From NCBI GenBank assembly GCA_943788655.1, contig CALSRB010000002.1, positions 200,989 to 264,988 of the forward strand: 64,000 nucleotides of DNA, written 5' to 3'. Of this stretch, positions 9,013 to 19,074 are shown one piece after another (within the stretch, counting starts at the first letter, position 1; the number at the start of each line of letters is the position of its first letter). The translations under genes were made by a program, and so were the position numbers. This stretch comes from Candidatus Poseidoniaceae archaeon. Lineage in GTDB: Archaea; Thermoplasmatota; Poseidoniia; Poseidoniales; Poseidoniaceae. Below the pieces are notes generated by a model that worked only from the letters and a program-made list of their open reading frames with translations, was not told where the DNA came from and did no database searches.

Positions 9013-9087
9013 GAGTTTACCACTGTGGCCTGTCTTTTCACTCTGTTGTGTGGGAGGATTGACAAACCACCCCGACAACCATGACCT

Positions 9088-10014
9088 ATGACGGGGGAAC
9101 TTCCACCAAAGGTACCCTTCCACGCCTTGACTGTGATTCCACACAAAACCGGTCACCTCGCTGTGGGCATTGATGGCGAATTTCAATACCTCGATGCAGC
9201 GTTATCCCCCACCGGTGAAGTGCGCAAGCCATTTCCAATGGGCGTCCGGCACACCTGCATCACAAACGATGTCGTCGTCGCAACGTGGGTGGATCATGAA
9301 CTTTTGATGGCTAGAATGGCAGCCTTCAAATTCGATACGCCGCTCAAAGATGGTGTTGAGCGAGGTGATTTGCGCATCCGAACAAGCATCGATACGGCGC
9401 TACACCCTGCGGGCTCAGCGTGGTCCCATGTCCTCGATGCAGAACCGTTAGCGTTGTGTGGTCACCCCACCGGATTTGCGTTCGTTTTGTACAGCAAAGG
9501 TATCTATGCAATGGGGAGAGACGCTGGAGAACACTGGCGAGTGGAACTCCCAACATGGGCAGAATTGAAGAAACTACCACGGGCAAACGACATTGTTACG
9601 ATTACCCACTCAAATGACCAGTTGAAGGTCTGGTCACGAGGCGGTGGGACTCAATCGTACGATGCGAACTCAGGAGATTTGCTTTCGACACATGTCTTCC
9701 ACTATGATGGAGTTCTCCAACAAGTTTACGCCGATGCCACCCATGAACTATTGGTCTACGATGACGGAGCCGTTGTGTGGCTGGATGGAGGCGTCACATT
9801 AGTTGAAGGAAAACTGGCCGGCCCCGTTCAACATGCCTTTTGGAACGAGGAAGAGCGAGCGTGGCGTGTTGCGGGTTGGCGAGAGGAACTACGATTGTCC
9901 GCCGAGGGTGTAGAGCGCACTTCAATGCCTGAGATTCCTGTTCACATTCTCTCAGTCGATCGGCGAGTGATGATGTTGCTGAACAACGGCGAGTGGATTG
10001 ACTCAGCCCTGTAA
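9088..10014 (+). CDS. Hypothetical protein, probably beta-propeller-like. Function unknown.
   Basis: Long ORF that is Trp and Gly-rich with repeated beta-strand-like segments. No catalytic motif recognised. The start codon was not verified. Confidence 0.4.
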   Translation: MTGELPPKVPFHALTVIPHKTGHLAVGIDGEFQYLDAALSPTGEVRKPFPMGVRHTCITNDVVVATWVDHELLMARMAAFKFDTPLKDGVERGDLRIRTSIDTALHPAGSAWSHVLDAEPLALCGHPTGFAFVLYSKGIYAMGRDAGEHWRVELPTWAELKKLPRANDIVTITHSNDQLKVWSRGGGTQSYDANSGDLLSTHVFHYDGVLQQVYADATHELLVYDDGAVVWLDGGVTLVEGKLAGPVQHAFWNEEERAWRVAGWREELRLSAEGVERTSMPEIPVHILSVDRRVMMLLNNGEWIDSAL

Positions 10015-10096
10015 GCACTCATACACGGGCATCGTTCTCAATTCAACGCTTGCGCTCAACGTCTTCGTAAAGAGCAGGGGATCTTCCAGAGGAAAA

Positions 10097-10270
10097 TCAC
10101 TCAATGGTCACAGTGTATCCACAGCGGCCGCAGGATTTGCGATCTTTGTGAACGGCCAAGAACACGCCTGGGCCACATTGTGGACAGAACTCTGCGTTGC
10201 GAGTCAAGGTGCCGTCTTCACCAACGGTGTACTTCGACCACTTTGCGCCAGCTTTAGGACCGTCGCCCAT
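10097..10270 (-). CDS. rps27ae: Ribosomal protein S27ae (57 aa zinc-ribbon protein); missing from the ORF track because it is under 60 aa
   Basis: Hand translation gives [57 protein letters not shown], with the CPxCG...CGxCG ribbon typical of S27ae. Its ATG overlaps the S24e TGA stop by 1 nt (TGATG). Confidence 0.8.
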   Translation of the reverse strand: MGDGPKAGAKWSKYTVGEDGTLTRNAEFCPQCGPGVFLAVHKDRKSCGRCGYTVTIE

Positions 10271-10605
10271 CACTCGTCACCCCCTTCGGAGGATTCTTCA
10301 GCTTCTGGTGCCTTTGGAGTCCAGAATTGCTCGTGTCGCTTGTGGATATATTCTGGTTCAACGCTCATGGCTTCTTGATTGTTGTAGATGTATGCCATAC
10401 CTGTGGTCAATGGCTGGCCAAAGCGCGTGTTGCAGTCCTTGACAACGATGCAGTCTGGGTTCGACCCAGGTTCAAGGGTGCGTACAAGGTCCATGACTTC
10501 CTTGCGGGAAGGAGTGGCCATTCCGAGGTGTTGCCAGCGGAAACTGATTTCCACACGGTTGAGTAGTTTGTTTTCGATTCTGTTTATGATTTCCATACTG
10601 TTCAT
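10270..10605 (-). CDS. rps24e: Ribosomal protein S24e
   Basis: The N-terminus [17 protein letters not shown]... followed by ...RFG matches the S24e family. The gene sits in the conserved archaeal context just after spt4. Confidence 0.8.
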   Translation of the reverse strand: MNSMEIINRIENKLLNRVEISFRWQHLGMATPSRKEVMDLVRTLEPGSNPDCIVVKDCNTRFGQPLTTGMAYIYNNQEAMSVEPEYIHKRHEQFWTPKAPEAEESSEGGDE

Positions 10606-10609
10606 CTCC

Positions 10610-10813
10610 TTATCGGTTGCTTACTTTGAGAGCATATTTGCCAGGTAGTTCAACTTCCAAACGCTTGGCGATTTCGGAGCGGTTTGGATTCACGATGATC
10701 ACGTATCCTTGGTGATCGGTCGAGACTTGGGCGGATGGGTGACGAGGGCATTGGTCAACACCGTCCTCCAAGACGAGGTGGCATTCTGCACATGCAAACG
10801 GATTCTTAGCCAT
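10610..10813 (-). CDS. spt4: Transcription elongation factor Spt4 / RNA polymerase subunit E''
   Basis: The 67-aa product has the zinc motif CAECH...CPRH and the signature GYVIIVNPNRSEIAKRL. ATG at 10813, 11 nt after the rpoE' stop. Confidence 0.85.
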   Translation of the reverse strand: MAKNPFACAECHLVLEDGVDQCPRHPSAQVSTDHQGYVIIVNPNRSEIAKRLEVELPGKYALKVSNR

Positions 10814-10824
10814 GCATCATCACC

Positions 10825-11376
10825 TCATTCGTTGTCCTCATCGAGCCAGCTGTGGCAGCCGAGTCCAGGTTGCTTGCTTGTCAAACCAATCTTGGAGCGG
10901 CGAGGATCGGAAGTATCCGGGGAAAGTGATACAATGCGGGCACGCACGGAGTTACCAACACCAATTCTGCGACCGGTTTGGCGGCCTTCAATCCATCCCA
11001 TGCCAACATTTGCGTCGACCATGTCATCCATGATTTGGGATTTGTGGAGAAGAGCTTCCATTGGGCCAATTCGGACGAACGCACCGAATTCGTTTACTTC
11101 GGAAACTGCGCCTTCGACGACTTCGTAATCTTCCATGCAGAAAAGAACTGCATCGAAACGAACCCGCTGGTAAATTGCCCCGTCTCCGTGGATGATTCGA
11201 CCACGGCCCAAGGGTTCGTGGTTGGTGGTGAGGAGAATGAAACGGTTCTCTTCATCAAATCGGCCTTCGAACGCTGTCATCGAGAGACGATCGATGTGGT
11301 CGTTCAAGGATGCACCCTTGCGCATGTATTCGGCAGGAATGCGGATTGTGTCTTCCCTTGATACGATTTTGTACAT
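10825..11376 (-). CDS. rpoE1: DNA-directed RNA polymerase subunit E' (Rpo7), S1-domain protein
   Basis: MYKIVSREDTIRIPAEY... is the canonical Rpo7 N-terminus, and the C-terminal half is S1-like. The track GTG start at 11385 was trimmed to the ATG at 11376. Confidence 0.85.
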   Translation of the reverse strand: MYKIVSREDTIRIPAEYMRKGASLNDHIDRLSMTAFEGRFDEENRFILLTTNHEPLGRGRIIHGDGAIYQRVRFDAVLFCMEDYEVVEGAVSEVNEFGAFVRIGPMEALLHKSQIMDDMVDANVGMGWIEGRQTGRRIGVGNSVRARIVSLSPDTSDPRRSKIGLTSKQPGLGCHSWLDEDNE

Positions 11377-11658
11377 TGTGTTCACCTCTGCGGAAGACCG
11401 CTCGGAGGCAAGATGTGAAGAGGAGTGGGGAACCCATTCCGTCCTTCACCGGCACTCGCCTCTGGAGAGAAGTCGACCGTAGTCAGTTTTGCCACCAACG
11501 ACCTCTATTTAATCCACTCGCATAACAATGCGGCGAGAGGATGGATAAAACCACGCCACATCAACCTGTTTTGGGATACCTTCGACCCCAGAAGAATCAC
11601 TCCTTTTGGAGGCAGAGCGCCATAACCCATAACAACCCCCGGAACCTGCTGTGCATTC

Positions 11659-14600
11659 ATGACCAGCGAAACGCAGGACAGCGGGCGGAAATTCGCCTCG
11701 GCGCTGGTGCCTGTGTTGATGTTCATTCTAGCATCCCTATCACCCCTTGTTGTTGCTCCAAATTCAGACCTGAATCTCGATGAGGAACACACGAGCATGC
11801 AAACTGGAACAGGTGGAGCATGGACTGGACTTGAACAACCATGGGGTCAGTTTGGCCACACCCCCACTCACAACGGCAGCATGCCTGCTCACGGTCCTGA
11901 AGGCGGACCTGCGGACGGCTCCGTCGATGAGGTCACCGTCCTAGGGACCATCGAAAACCCAGGGGTCAACTGGGAGGCGCTCGATGATGGAAGCGACTTG
12001 TACGGCTCCATCATTGCAGACTTTTCAGCGAGCATCACTGCTCCAGAGGCAGCCAAAGAACGCTGCGCAGAAGATGATCTTTTCGCAGTTCTCGTTCACA
12101 ACGACGGGACAAACACCTACCTAAGCCTCGTTTCAGGGGATGATGCCAAATTAGCATGGGAAGTGAACATTGGGGAAACCAACGACGTACGTTCCACGCC
12201 CGCCATCGTTGATGTCAACCAAGACGGAAGGCAGGAAATCGTGCTCGTGTACGACACAGCCAACGCCCTCAACATCGAAGTATGGTCACCTGAACTCGAA
12301 TGCAGCGAATCAGGTTGGCAGAAATCAGGCCATGAAAATGAGCAATATTGGAGTTATTCCGACGTAGACTACCGAATTGGCATCCAAAGCCCACACGCAC
12401 CAACATCGCAGAGTAATCACCTCTCGATTACGCAACCCCTCGTTGCAGATCTCGCCCTCGATGGTACACCCGAATTGGTCCTAGCCGTCGTGGATGAAAC
12501 ATCGAACGACCCGACAGTCCTCTCATTTGGATTATCATCAAGCGTACCGAGTGATTCAAACTGGGAAGTGACCCTCGACCGAGGCACCCACCCTTCATCC
12601 CCTGCATGGGCGGCATTAGATTCAAGCACCACAGCAATTGTCCTGACAACCATTGATTCAAACGGTGGATCGATGTGGATTTGGAGAATTGATGGTGCCT
12701 CAGGTTCGCTGGATTGGGAACGTGTGGCAGTTCAAGGCACTGATTCTGATTCGGATGCACCACGTCTCCGCCTCCCTGGCCCTGTCATTGCACAGTTAGA
12801 CAATGATGATGCCCCTGAAATGATCCTCACTGTTCCAACCGATGCCAACGGGCGAACATCAGGCCTCGGAGCACGGTTCATAGGAATGGAGATGACATCG
12901 ACGACTGAAATTTTCAATTTCCGAGCACCAAATGGGTACGCCGATGCTGAACCCTTGGTGGTCGACACCACCGGTGACGGATTGCATGACCGTTTGTGTT
13001 GGGTGACATGGTACTCTGAATCACAGTTCTCGTTCAACCGTCAAGGCTTGACAGGTTGTCATGACATCAGCGACGAGACACCGCTCAAAGAATGGTCAAG
13101 AGATCTCCAACGGGGCGCTGGAAACGACAACGACGAGATTGCAGTCGCTTCGCCACTATGGCTAGATATCGATGGGAATGGAGCACCCGAATTGATTGTT
13201 CCTTTCGGCATGCGTCTCTACGGCTTTGATGGAGAGACCGGTGCATCTGCTGACATCAACGACGCATGGTCTTCGCCACTCGCCATGCCACATCGAGTGT
13301 GGGCGAGCCCTGCAGCAGCCGATATGGACGGAGACGGTACCATTGACATCCTCATTGGTGATACGTTGGTGTCTCACCTTGCTACCGACTTGGCCCCGCT
13401 TGCAGATGGTCGGGGCATTAGTTTCAATCCAGCAAGTCCCGATCCGGGAGAGACTGTCACCGTGACAGGGTCCTTTTCGAACGTTGGAACGCTGGACAAC
13501 GAAGACAATGTGGACGTTGTGTTGCGCATGAACGGGAATGAGTTGACTCGTGAGCGCTTTGCAGATGTTGAGCCAGTCTCGCCGAGTGGCGAAGGTGGTC
13601 CACTGACATTCAGCGCAACCTTCACTGCAGCATTAGGCGAACATGAATTCACGCTTGTCCTCGATGTGAATAATAACTTGACTGAGTCGAGAAAGGACAA
13701 CAACAACCAATCGGTTACCTTGACGATTGTTGACCCCTATGTTGCACGCATCGATCCGCCGCTTGACCCAATTCGAATCGCACCTGGCAATTCAGAGACG
13801 ATTCAAATCGCCCTCACGGCCACGGGTTCACGCACTGCTGATTGGACCATGTCTGTCGACGATACAGCCCTTCCTTCCGGATGGTCCTTTGCACCAGTTG
13901 CCGGTGCGGACCTCAACCCCAACCTTGCCCCAAGCACTCCGATGAGCATTGACTTTAGCGTAAGCATCCCTCCAACAGCCTTGGGCGACGAAAACTCCTA
14001 TGTCGACTTGTTGCTGACCCTCGACGATGATGAGGAAGTCACCTCAACACTGCGCCTCCCCATCGAAGTGCTACGGACCCGTGGCCTTTCAGTCGTTGGA
14101 CCTGCGGGGCTGAGCGAGTCGGACGGGATTGGACGCCCGAATCACGATGCAAAAGCATGGCTTGTCGTCGAAAACCTAGGAAACGCCCAAGAGAGCACGA
14201 CATCAATCGATTGGACTGCTCCATCGTGGGGCGGTACACCTGCGCTGTACACAGCTGATGGCACTGAAGTGTTCTCACTCACGCTTGCGCCCAATGAAGA
14301 TGTCGAGTTGTTCGCTACCCTTGGCGTCCCGGTGGGTACGACCCTTGGCACCTCAACAAGCAGCATGCTCACCGTTTGCATCGGCAGTGGTGAAGACACC
14401 CTTTGCCAGGACTTAGATGTCAATTTCCACGCAAGCGAACTTGCAGCATCACCCTCACACATACGCACCCTTCCCGACTCAACACTCGAGTGGACATTGG
14501 AAGCCACCCTGCCTTCGGACGGTCATCTCGAATGGAACATGGCCCAAGCTCAAATGATTCATACTGGCTGGGTATGGTCGGCAACTGGCGATGCTTCGGT

Positions 14601-17379
14601 CAATGGGACAACGCTGGAAATAGTTGGGACACCTGGTGAAACAGCATCAGCAGTTCTCCAACTGACGTTGCCTGTGAACGCAGTACCTCAGCGTCATGTT
14701 TTTGCAACCGCCGAGTCAACAGAACCCCACTATGAACTGAACATCACATTGCATGTATTGCAAGTGTTCCGTTCAGCAGCGACCGTTCTCGAACCAACCC
14801 CGCTTATTCTTGGCGATCCCGTCGATCTCAAGGTAGGTGAGACACAGTCTGTTCTTCTGCGACTGGAAAACCCAGGCAACGGCGAGGACACGTTCATTCT
14901 CACGGGCTCCGTTGTTGCTGATCCAAACATGACGCCACAACCAGAAGTCGAATTCACAATTTACAATCCAGAGCGAACCCTCGGCCCTCTTGCGACCACC
15001 ATCGCAACAGTTGATGTGATTCTTGACGAAGACACACCTGCTCTCAACCCGTTCCAGTTACAATTCACATGGACATCGCAGGGCGAGGGCAACATAGCAT
15101 CTGCGACAGCGTTGACCGTGCAGGCAGAGCCGGATTACCGTTGGGAAATTGACGAGATCGATATCGAGGCCACGGAGGTGGCACCAGGCGACGAAGTGAC
15201 CATTGATTTCAAAGTGAAAAACATAGGAAACACGCCCGACACGCTCACAGTCAACCCGTCGTTTACAGTGGCCCATGCTGGGAACGACACATCCACTTGG
15301 AGCGCTTCAAGCAACAGCAGTGAGCAAATTGATGTCAATGGAACACAATCGATGAGCATCGGATTCACCGTCCCACACAATGCTTGGTTCATGACCGAAG
15401 TGACGCTTTCGATGGACTTGTACTCAGGCAACGTCTATGTCAGCAATGAAACCGTTGATTTTTCCGTAGTTCACGCATCTTCTTGGCGATTCAACCTTTC
15501 GGACACCTCGCTCACGATCGCCCCAGGGGGGGAAAATCTCACTCTGAAAGTCGATCAGCTTGGAAACCACCCTGAGGCGCCCTGGTTCACAAAAGCCGGG
15601 CAAGGATGGCCGATTGATCTCCCAGAGAATGGCGAGACAGTCAACCCTGGTGAATCGACAACAATGACGGTGTTTGTCACCCCCCCTGAAGACGCATTGG
15701 CAGGCGAAGTCGGTGTGCTGCGCATTCGTATTTCAGACGCCAATGGAGCCGGGCAAATCGTGCAAGAAATTCCGGTCCGTGTTGGACAAGAGGCGAACAT
15801 CAGCGTTGAACATCGCGGTACGTGGAAGGTCAACGAAGACGGTGGTATGCCAACTGCGTGGCTCGAGAACAACGGCAATGATGTCGCAGTTGTGCAGATT
15901 TCTATTGAGGGATTACCAACTGGATGGTTGCTCAATGGTTCGAACCAAGTGGTCATTGCCCCGGGCCAACTTCTCGGACTTCCTCTGATGCTCACACCAG
16001 ATGCAACTTGGAACCTCCAACGATTCCTCGTGACCATCAAAGTGAACCATCCATCATTGGGTGAGATAGCACACGATTTGGAGATCGAGTACGGGTCTCA
16101 CACCTTCCATACGACCCCGGTCCATTTGGCAAAAGAAGGGACTCCAATTACCATTCAATTCGGACAACCAGTGGACAGCGGCCTCACAAGCAGCGACACA
16201 GTTGAATTTGGGGGACAGTCAATTTCGTTCACAATGGGAAGTGAGGAAAATGAACTGCTTCTCGAATCATCCACCGACAGCACCAACAGAATGTCCATCT
16301 TCACATCAGGGTACTCGCTCCCCAGCGTTGATGTTGATTGTGACCTTGACGAACAAGCGTTCAGCAACCTTGGAAGAATTGTTCTCACCGGAAGTGTCGG
16401 TGAATGTCAAATCACAGCATCGGACCAAGCACCGGTGAAAGCCACCATCCTGCTCATTTCCGACCAAGGCGACACGGTGCCGTTGCGATCATCAGGAATT
16501 TCACTGGGCAGTGGAGAAAACGGAACATATGACTTGAATGTCAGTTCGTGGACACCTGAGGCTGCCAAGATGAGCGTCACTGTGATGGTGGTCGACTCTC
16601 ATGGTCGAATTTTGAATGAAGACACCGTTGAAGTAGTGGCTCGAAAATCAGGTTGGAATGTTGGCATTTTCTCGTTCACGGCGGATGAAGAACTCAAAGT
16701 CAGTATTCTAAGAACATCGTATGACGTGCTCGAGGGTGTCAACTGCCGGGTGGAGATCAACACGGTCGACAACAGTCTGGATGAGCCGCTTGTTCGAGTG
16801 ATCGATATCGCAGAAGGTGATTTCCCGCCCGTTGTGATTATCCCAGCACCTTCCGACCTTGCAGACAATAAACAATTGAGAGCCACGCTGGGCTGCGATA
16901 CACCGTATGACGTCGATGATGATCAAAGCGACAATGAAGCGACCGCCCTTTACACCAAAGCACAACAACCAATTGTGGAAAGCAGTGAAATCGTCATTTC
17001 ACTCGTTGTAGCAAGCCTCTTGTTGGTCGTTGCGTACTTAGCCGGGCTGATGGGCACCAAACCGAAAACAGATTCGAAGCCTAAGGTGAAACCGCTTCCA
17101 ACCACCACTGCACAACCAAAGTCAGAACCGAGCCCAGTGGAAGAAGTCGACGAGGAAGAGGATGAATTCTCATTCGAACTGACAGAGGAACAAGTTACAG
17201 AAAGCATCGTCGCGGAAGAGCCACAACAAGTTGACACGGTGGAGATCATCGACCTTCCAGATGAAGAAGATGTTACACCATCCGGGCGTTTGGCATCATT
17301 GCGGGATGAAATGTCAGACAACCAACCCTCTGCAGAGGGAAGAGAAGACAGAATGCGCCGGTTCTTCGGTGACCAGTGA
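11659..17379 (+). CDS. Giant 1906-aa cell-surface protein. It has a signal peptide, FG-GAP/VCBS-type beta-propeller repeats, many CARDB/Ig-like beta-sandwich domains, a single C-terminal TM helix and an acidic cytoplasmic tail.
   Basis: The N-terminal hydrophobic signal is ALVPVLMFILASLSPLVVAP. Repeated D-x-D/N-x-D-G segments (VDVNQDGRQEIV, ADLALDGTPELV, DIDGNGAPELIV, ADMDGDGTIDIL) are typical of FG-GAP. CARDB-like NxGN/NVGT motifs and many N-x-S/T sequons are present. The C-terminal TM is VISLVVASLLLVVAYLAGL, followed by a Lys/Pro then Glu/Asp-rich tail. Confidence 0.7.
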   Translation: MTSETQDSGRKFASALVPVLMFILASLSPLVVAPNSDLNLDEEHTSMQTGTGGAWTGLEQPWGQFGHTPTHNGSMPAHGPEGGPADGSVDEVTVLGTIENPGVNWEALDDGSDLYGSIIADFSASITAPEAAKERCAEDDLFAVLVHNDGTNTYLSLVSGDDAKLAWEVNIGETNDVRSTPAIVDVNQDGRQEIVLVYDTANALNIEVWSPELECSESGWQKSGHENEQYWSYSDVDYRIGIQSPHAPTSQSNHLSITQPLVADLALDGTPELVLAVVDETSNDPTVLSFGLSSSVPSDSNWEVTLDRGTHPSSPAWAALDSSTTAIVLTTIDSNGGSMWIWRIDGASGSLDWERVAVQGTDSDSDAPRLRLPGPVIAQLDNDDAPEMILTVPTDANGRTSGLGARFIGMEMTSTTEIFNFRAPNGYADAEPLVVDTTGDGLHDRLCWVTWYSESQFSFNRQGLTGCHDISDETPLKEWSRDLQRGAGNDNDEIAVASPLWLDIDGNGAPELIVPFGMRLYGFDGETGASADINDAWSSPLAMPHRVWASPAAADMDGDGTIDILIGDTLVSHLATDLAPLADGRGISFNPASPDPGETVTVTGSFSNVGTLDNEDNVDVVLRMNGNELTRERFADVEPVSPSGEGGPLTFSATFTAALGEHEFTLVLDVNNNLTESRKDNNNQSVTLTIVDPYVARIDPPLDPIRIAPGNSETIQIALTATGSRTADWTMSVDDTALPSGWSFAPVAGADLNPNLAPSTPMSIDFSVSIPPTALGDENSYVDLLLTLDDDEEVTSTLRLPIEVLRTRGLSVVGPAGLSESDGIGRPNHDAKAWLVVENLGNAQESTTSIDWTAPSWGGTPALYTADGTEVFSLTLAPNEDVELFATLGVPVGTTLGTSTSSMLTVCIGSGEDTLCQDLDVNFHASELAASPSHIRTLPDSTLEWTLEATLPSDGHLEWNMAQAQMIHTGWVWSATGDASVNGTTLEIVGTPGETASAVLQLTLPVNAVPQRHVFATAESTEPHYELNITLHVLQVFRSAATVLEPTPLILGDPVDLKVGETQSVLLRLENPGNGEDTFILTGSVVADPNMTPQPEVEFTIYNPERTLGPLATTIATVDVILDEDTPALNPFQLQFTWTSQGEGNIASATALTVQAEPDYRWEIDEIDIEATEVAPGDEVTIDFKVKNIGNTPDTLTVNPSFTVAHAGNDTSTWSASSNSSEQIDVNGTQSMSIGFTVPHNAWFMTEVTLSMDLYSGNVYVSNETVDFSVVHASSWRFNLSDTSLTIAPGGENLTLKVDQLGNHPEAPWFTKAGQGWPIDLPENGETVNPGESTTMTVFVTPPEDALAGEVGVLRIRISDANGAGQIVQEIPVRVGQEANISVEHRGTWKVNEDGGMPTAWLENNGNDVAVVQISIEGLPTGWLLNGSNQVVIAPGQLLGLPLMLTPDATWNLQRFLVTIKVNHPSLGEIAHDLEIEYGSHTFHTTPVHLAKEGTPITIQFGQPVDSGLTSSDTVEFGGQSISFTMGSEENELLLESSTDSTNRMSIFTSGYSLPSVDVDCDLDEQAFSNLGRIVLTGSVGECQITASDQAPVKATILLISDQGDTVPLRSSGISLGSGENGTYDLNVSSWTPEAAKMSVTVMVVDSHGRILNEDTVEVVARKSGWNVGIFSFTADEELKVSILRTSYDVLEGVNCRVEINTVDNSLDEPLVRVIDIAEGDFPPVVIIPAPSDLADNKQLRATLGCDTPYDVDDDQSDNEATALYTKAQQPIVESSEIVISLVVASLLLVVAYLAGLMGTKPKTDSKPKVKPLPTTTAQPKSEPSPVEEVDEEEDEFSFELTEEQVTESIVAEEPQQVDTVEIIDLPDEEDVTPSGRLASLRDEMSDNQPSAEGREDRMRRFFGDQ

Positions 17380-18116
17380 GCAATACAGGTGCAAGCCCTT
17401 ATCATGCATCGGCCGAAGCCGGCAACATGGACCTTGATGGATTGGATGGCGGCACGAGTCCGTTCATCACACTCGATGCTTGTGATGGTACGCTCGTCAC
17501 ACGCCTGGTTTCTGCGCTTGAAGAAGCAGCAGCCGGAAACAATACACATTGGTCCACAATGATGGATGAGAATCCATCTGTTGCCGAGCGCCTCAAAGGC
17601 CAAGGTATTGAAAATCCGAATGACCGATCAAGCATTGCATGGGACGACCCCACGCTCCTGTTCACGGCAGCAATCGTGCTTACAAGTGAAGGTCGAGCAC
17701 TCCCGTTAGGCGATGGTAAGGCACGGGAGCGAATTGGCAGGTTCCCATTTGGTGACGGCTCACCCATCAGTTACATGATTGAATACATGCGACCAAACCA
17801 TCAACGAGCCGCCTTAACGCAGCGAATTGGCATGGAGGAAATTTTAACTCTCCTCAACAAGTTGAACCATGGCCTAAGCGACCAACACATTGGCCATCAC
17901 AGGTACAATGAAGGAAAAGCGGGAATGGACATCCGAGGCTATCTTTCCGCTGAAGAAGTTCGAACCTTGCGACTCGGCCTCGCTGGACGTGGTTGGAGTG
18001 TTACCGCTGATGAGCCACTTGACGGTGGCATGCGAGATGCAAGCAAGAACCTCATCGCAGTCCTACGAGCGGCAGAACGTCGCGATGTTGGCGTGTTTTT
18101 GCGTACCCATTCCTAA
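17376..18116 (+). CDS. Hypothetical cytoplasmic protein of about 230 to 246 aa, translationally coupled to the giant surface-protein gene
   Basis: The start overlaps the stop of the upstream giant gene (GTGA at 17376..17379). An alternative ATG lies at 17427. No recognisable domain and no TM helix. Confidence 0.45.
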   Translation: MSNTGASPYHASAEAGNMDLDGLDGGTSPFITLDACDGTLVTRLVSALEEAAAGNNTHWSTMMDENPSVAERLKGQGIENPNDRSSIAWDDPTLLFTAAIVLTSEGRALPLGDGKARERIGRFPFGDGSPISYMIEYMRPNHQRAALTQRIGMEEILTLLNKLNHGLSDQHIGHHRYNEGKAGMDIRGYLSAEEVRTLRLGLAGRGWSVTADEPLDGGMRDASKNLIAVLRAAERRDVGVFLRTHS

Positions 18117-19022
18117 TTAGAATGGTGAAGATGTAAGTCGCTCGTACATTGATGCATAGAGAGCAGCAGTGCTGTCGATGACCTCTTGAGGGAGTGCCGG
18201 AATTGGGGGATCTTCTGCGCCGCTATCACGGGCTGCTTTCAAGTTGGCTTGATGGCCTGTCTCGATGTAATGTGTGCGAACTGATTCTTTGGACAATTCG
18301 ATGCATTCACCATTTGCGTATGCCTCAGCGTCCCACCAACGATCCTCATCAAGCGTACCAAAGGTATCGACGAGTACGACCTTGCGGTTTGGTCCCAATG
18401 CGAATTCTTTCTTCCCATCGACGTGGATAAGACCATTCTTCGCAGCCTCTCGTTCAATCATCTGATCGATTCGAAGCACTGCATCGAAGATAGCGTTCAG
18501 CTCATCTTCCGTAATGTTGGATATCTCAAGGGCTTCCTCGTTTGTGATGTTCCGATCAAATGCTTCGAACTTGGTCGTTACTTCAAGGAATGGTTTTTCC
18601 AATTTTGCACCATACTCGCAGTCTGCTGCAACACCAAGTTGCTCTGGCGTGAGTTCACCACGTTGGAACCTGCGCCAAGCAGATCCTGAGAGGTAATGTC
18701 GACAAATGATTTCGAGGGGAACAAAGACCCACTCCATATCACGAGGAATCATTCCAGGTTCCTTGATGATCTCGACCTTTCGAACCAAGCATCGTTCTGC
18801 GGCGTTGACCTCAACAAGGTGAGTCCCACAAATGCCTTCTTCCTCGATGAGTTTGAACCAATGTGCTGTGGTCCGATTGAGGGATTCACCCTTGCGTGGA
18901 ATCAACGATGGAATAATTTGGTCGAACACAGAAATTTGGTTGGTGAATCGGAATTCGAGGATATCCGGATCGTCGGTCGACCATACTTGCTTCACTTTGC
19001 CTTGATAGAGCATCTCTGCCAT
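18117..19022 (-). CDS. purC: Phosphoribosylaminoimidazole-succinocarboxamide (SAICAR) synthase
   Basis: The N-terminus MAEMLYQGKVKQVW... and overall length fit PurC. ATG verified at 19022. Confidence 0.8.
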   Translation of the reverse strand: MAEMLYQGKVKQVWSTDDPDILEFRFTNQISVFDQIIPSLIPRKGESLNRTTAHWFKLIEEEGICGTHLVEVNAAERCLVRKVEIIKEPGMIPRDMEWVFVPLEIICRHYLSGSAWRRFQRGELTPEQLGVAADCEYGAKLEKPFLEVTTKFEAFDRNITNEEALEISNITEDELNAIFDAVLRIDQMIEREAAKNGLIHVDGKKEFALGPNRKVVLVDTFGTLDEDRWWDAEAYANGECIELSKESVRTHYIETGHQANLKAARDSGAEDPPIPALPQEVIDSTAALYASMYERLTSSPF

Positions 19023-19074
19023 GACTCATGACCATGAAATAAGGCCTTTGAACATTTCACTCAGTGTCCACTGA

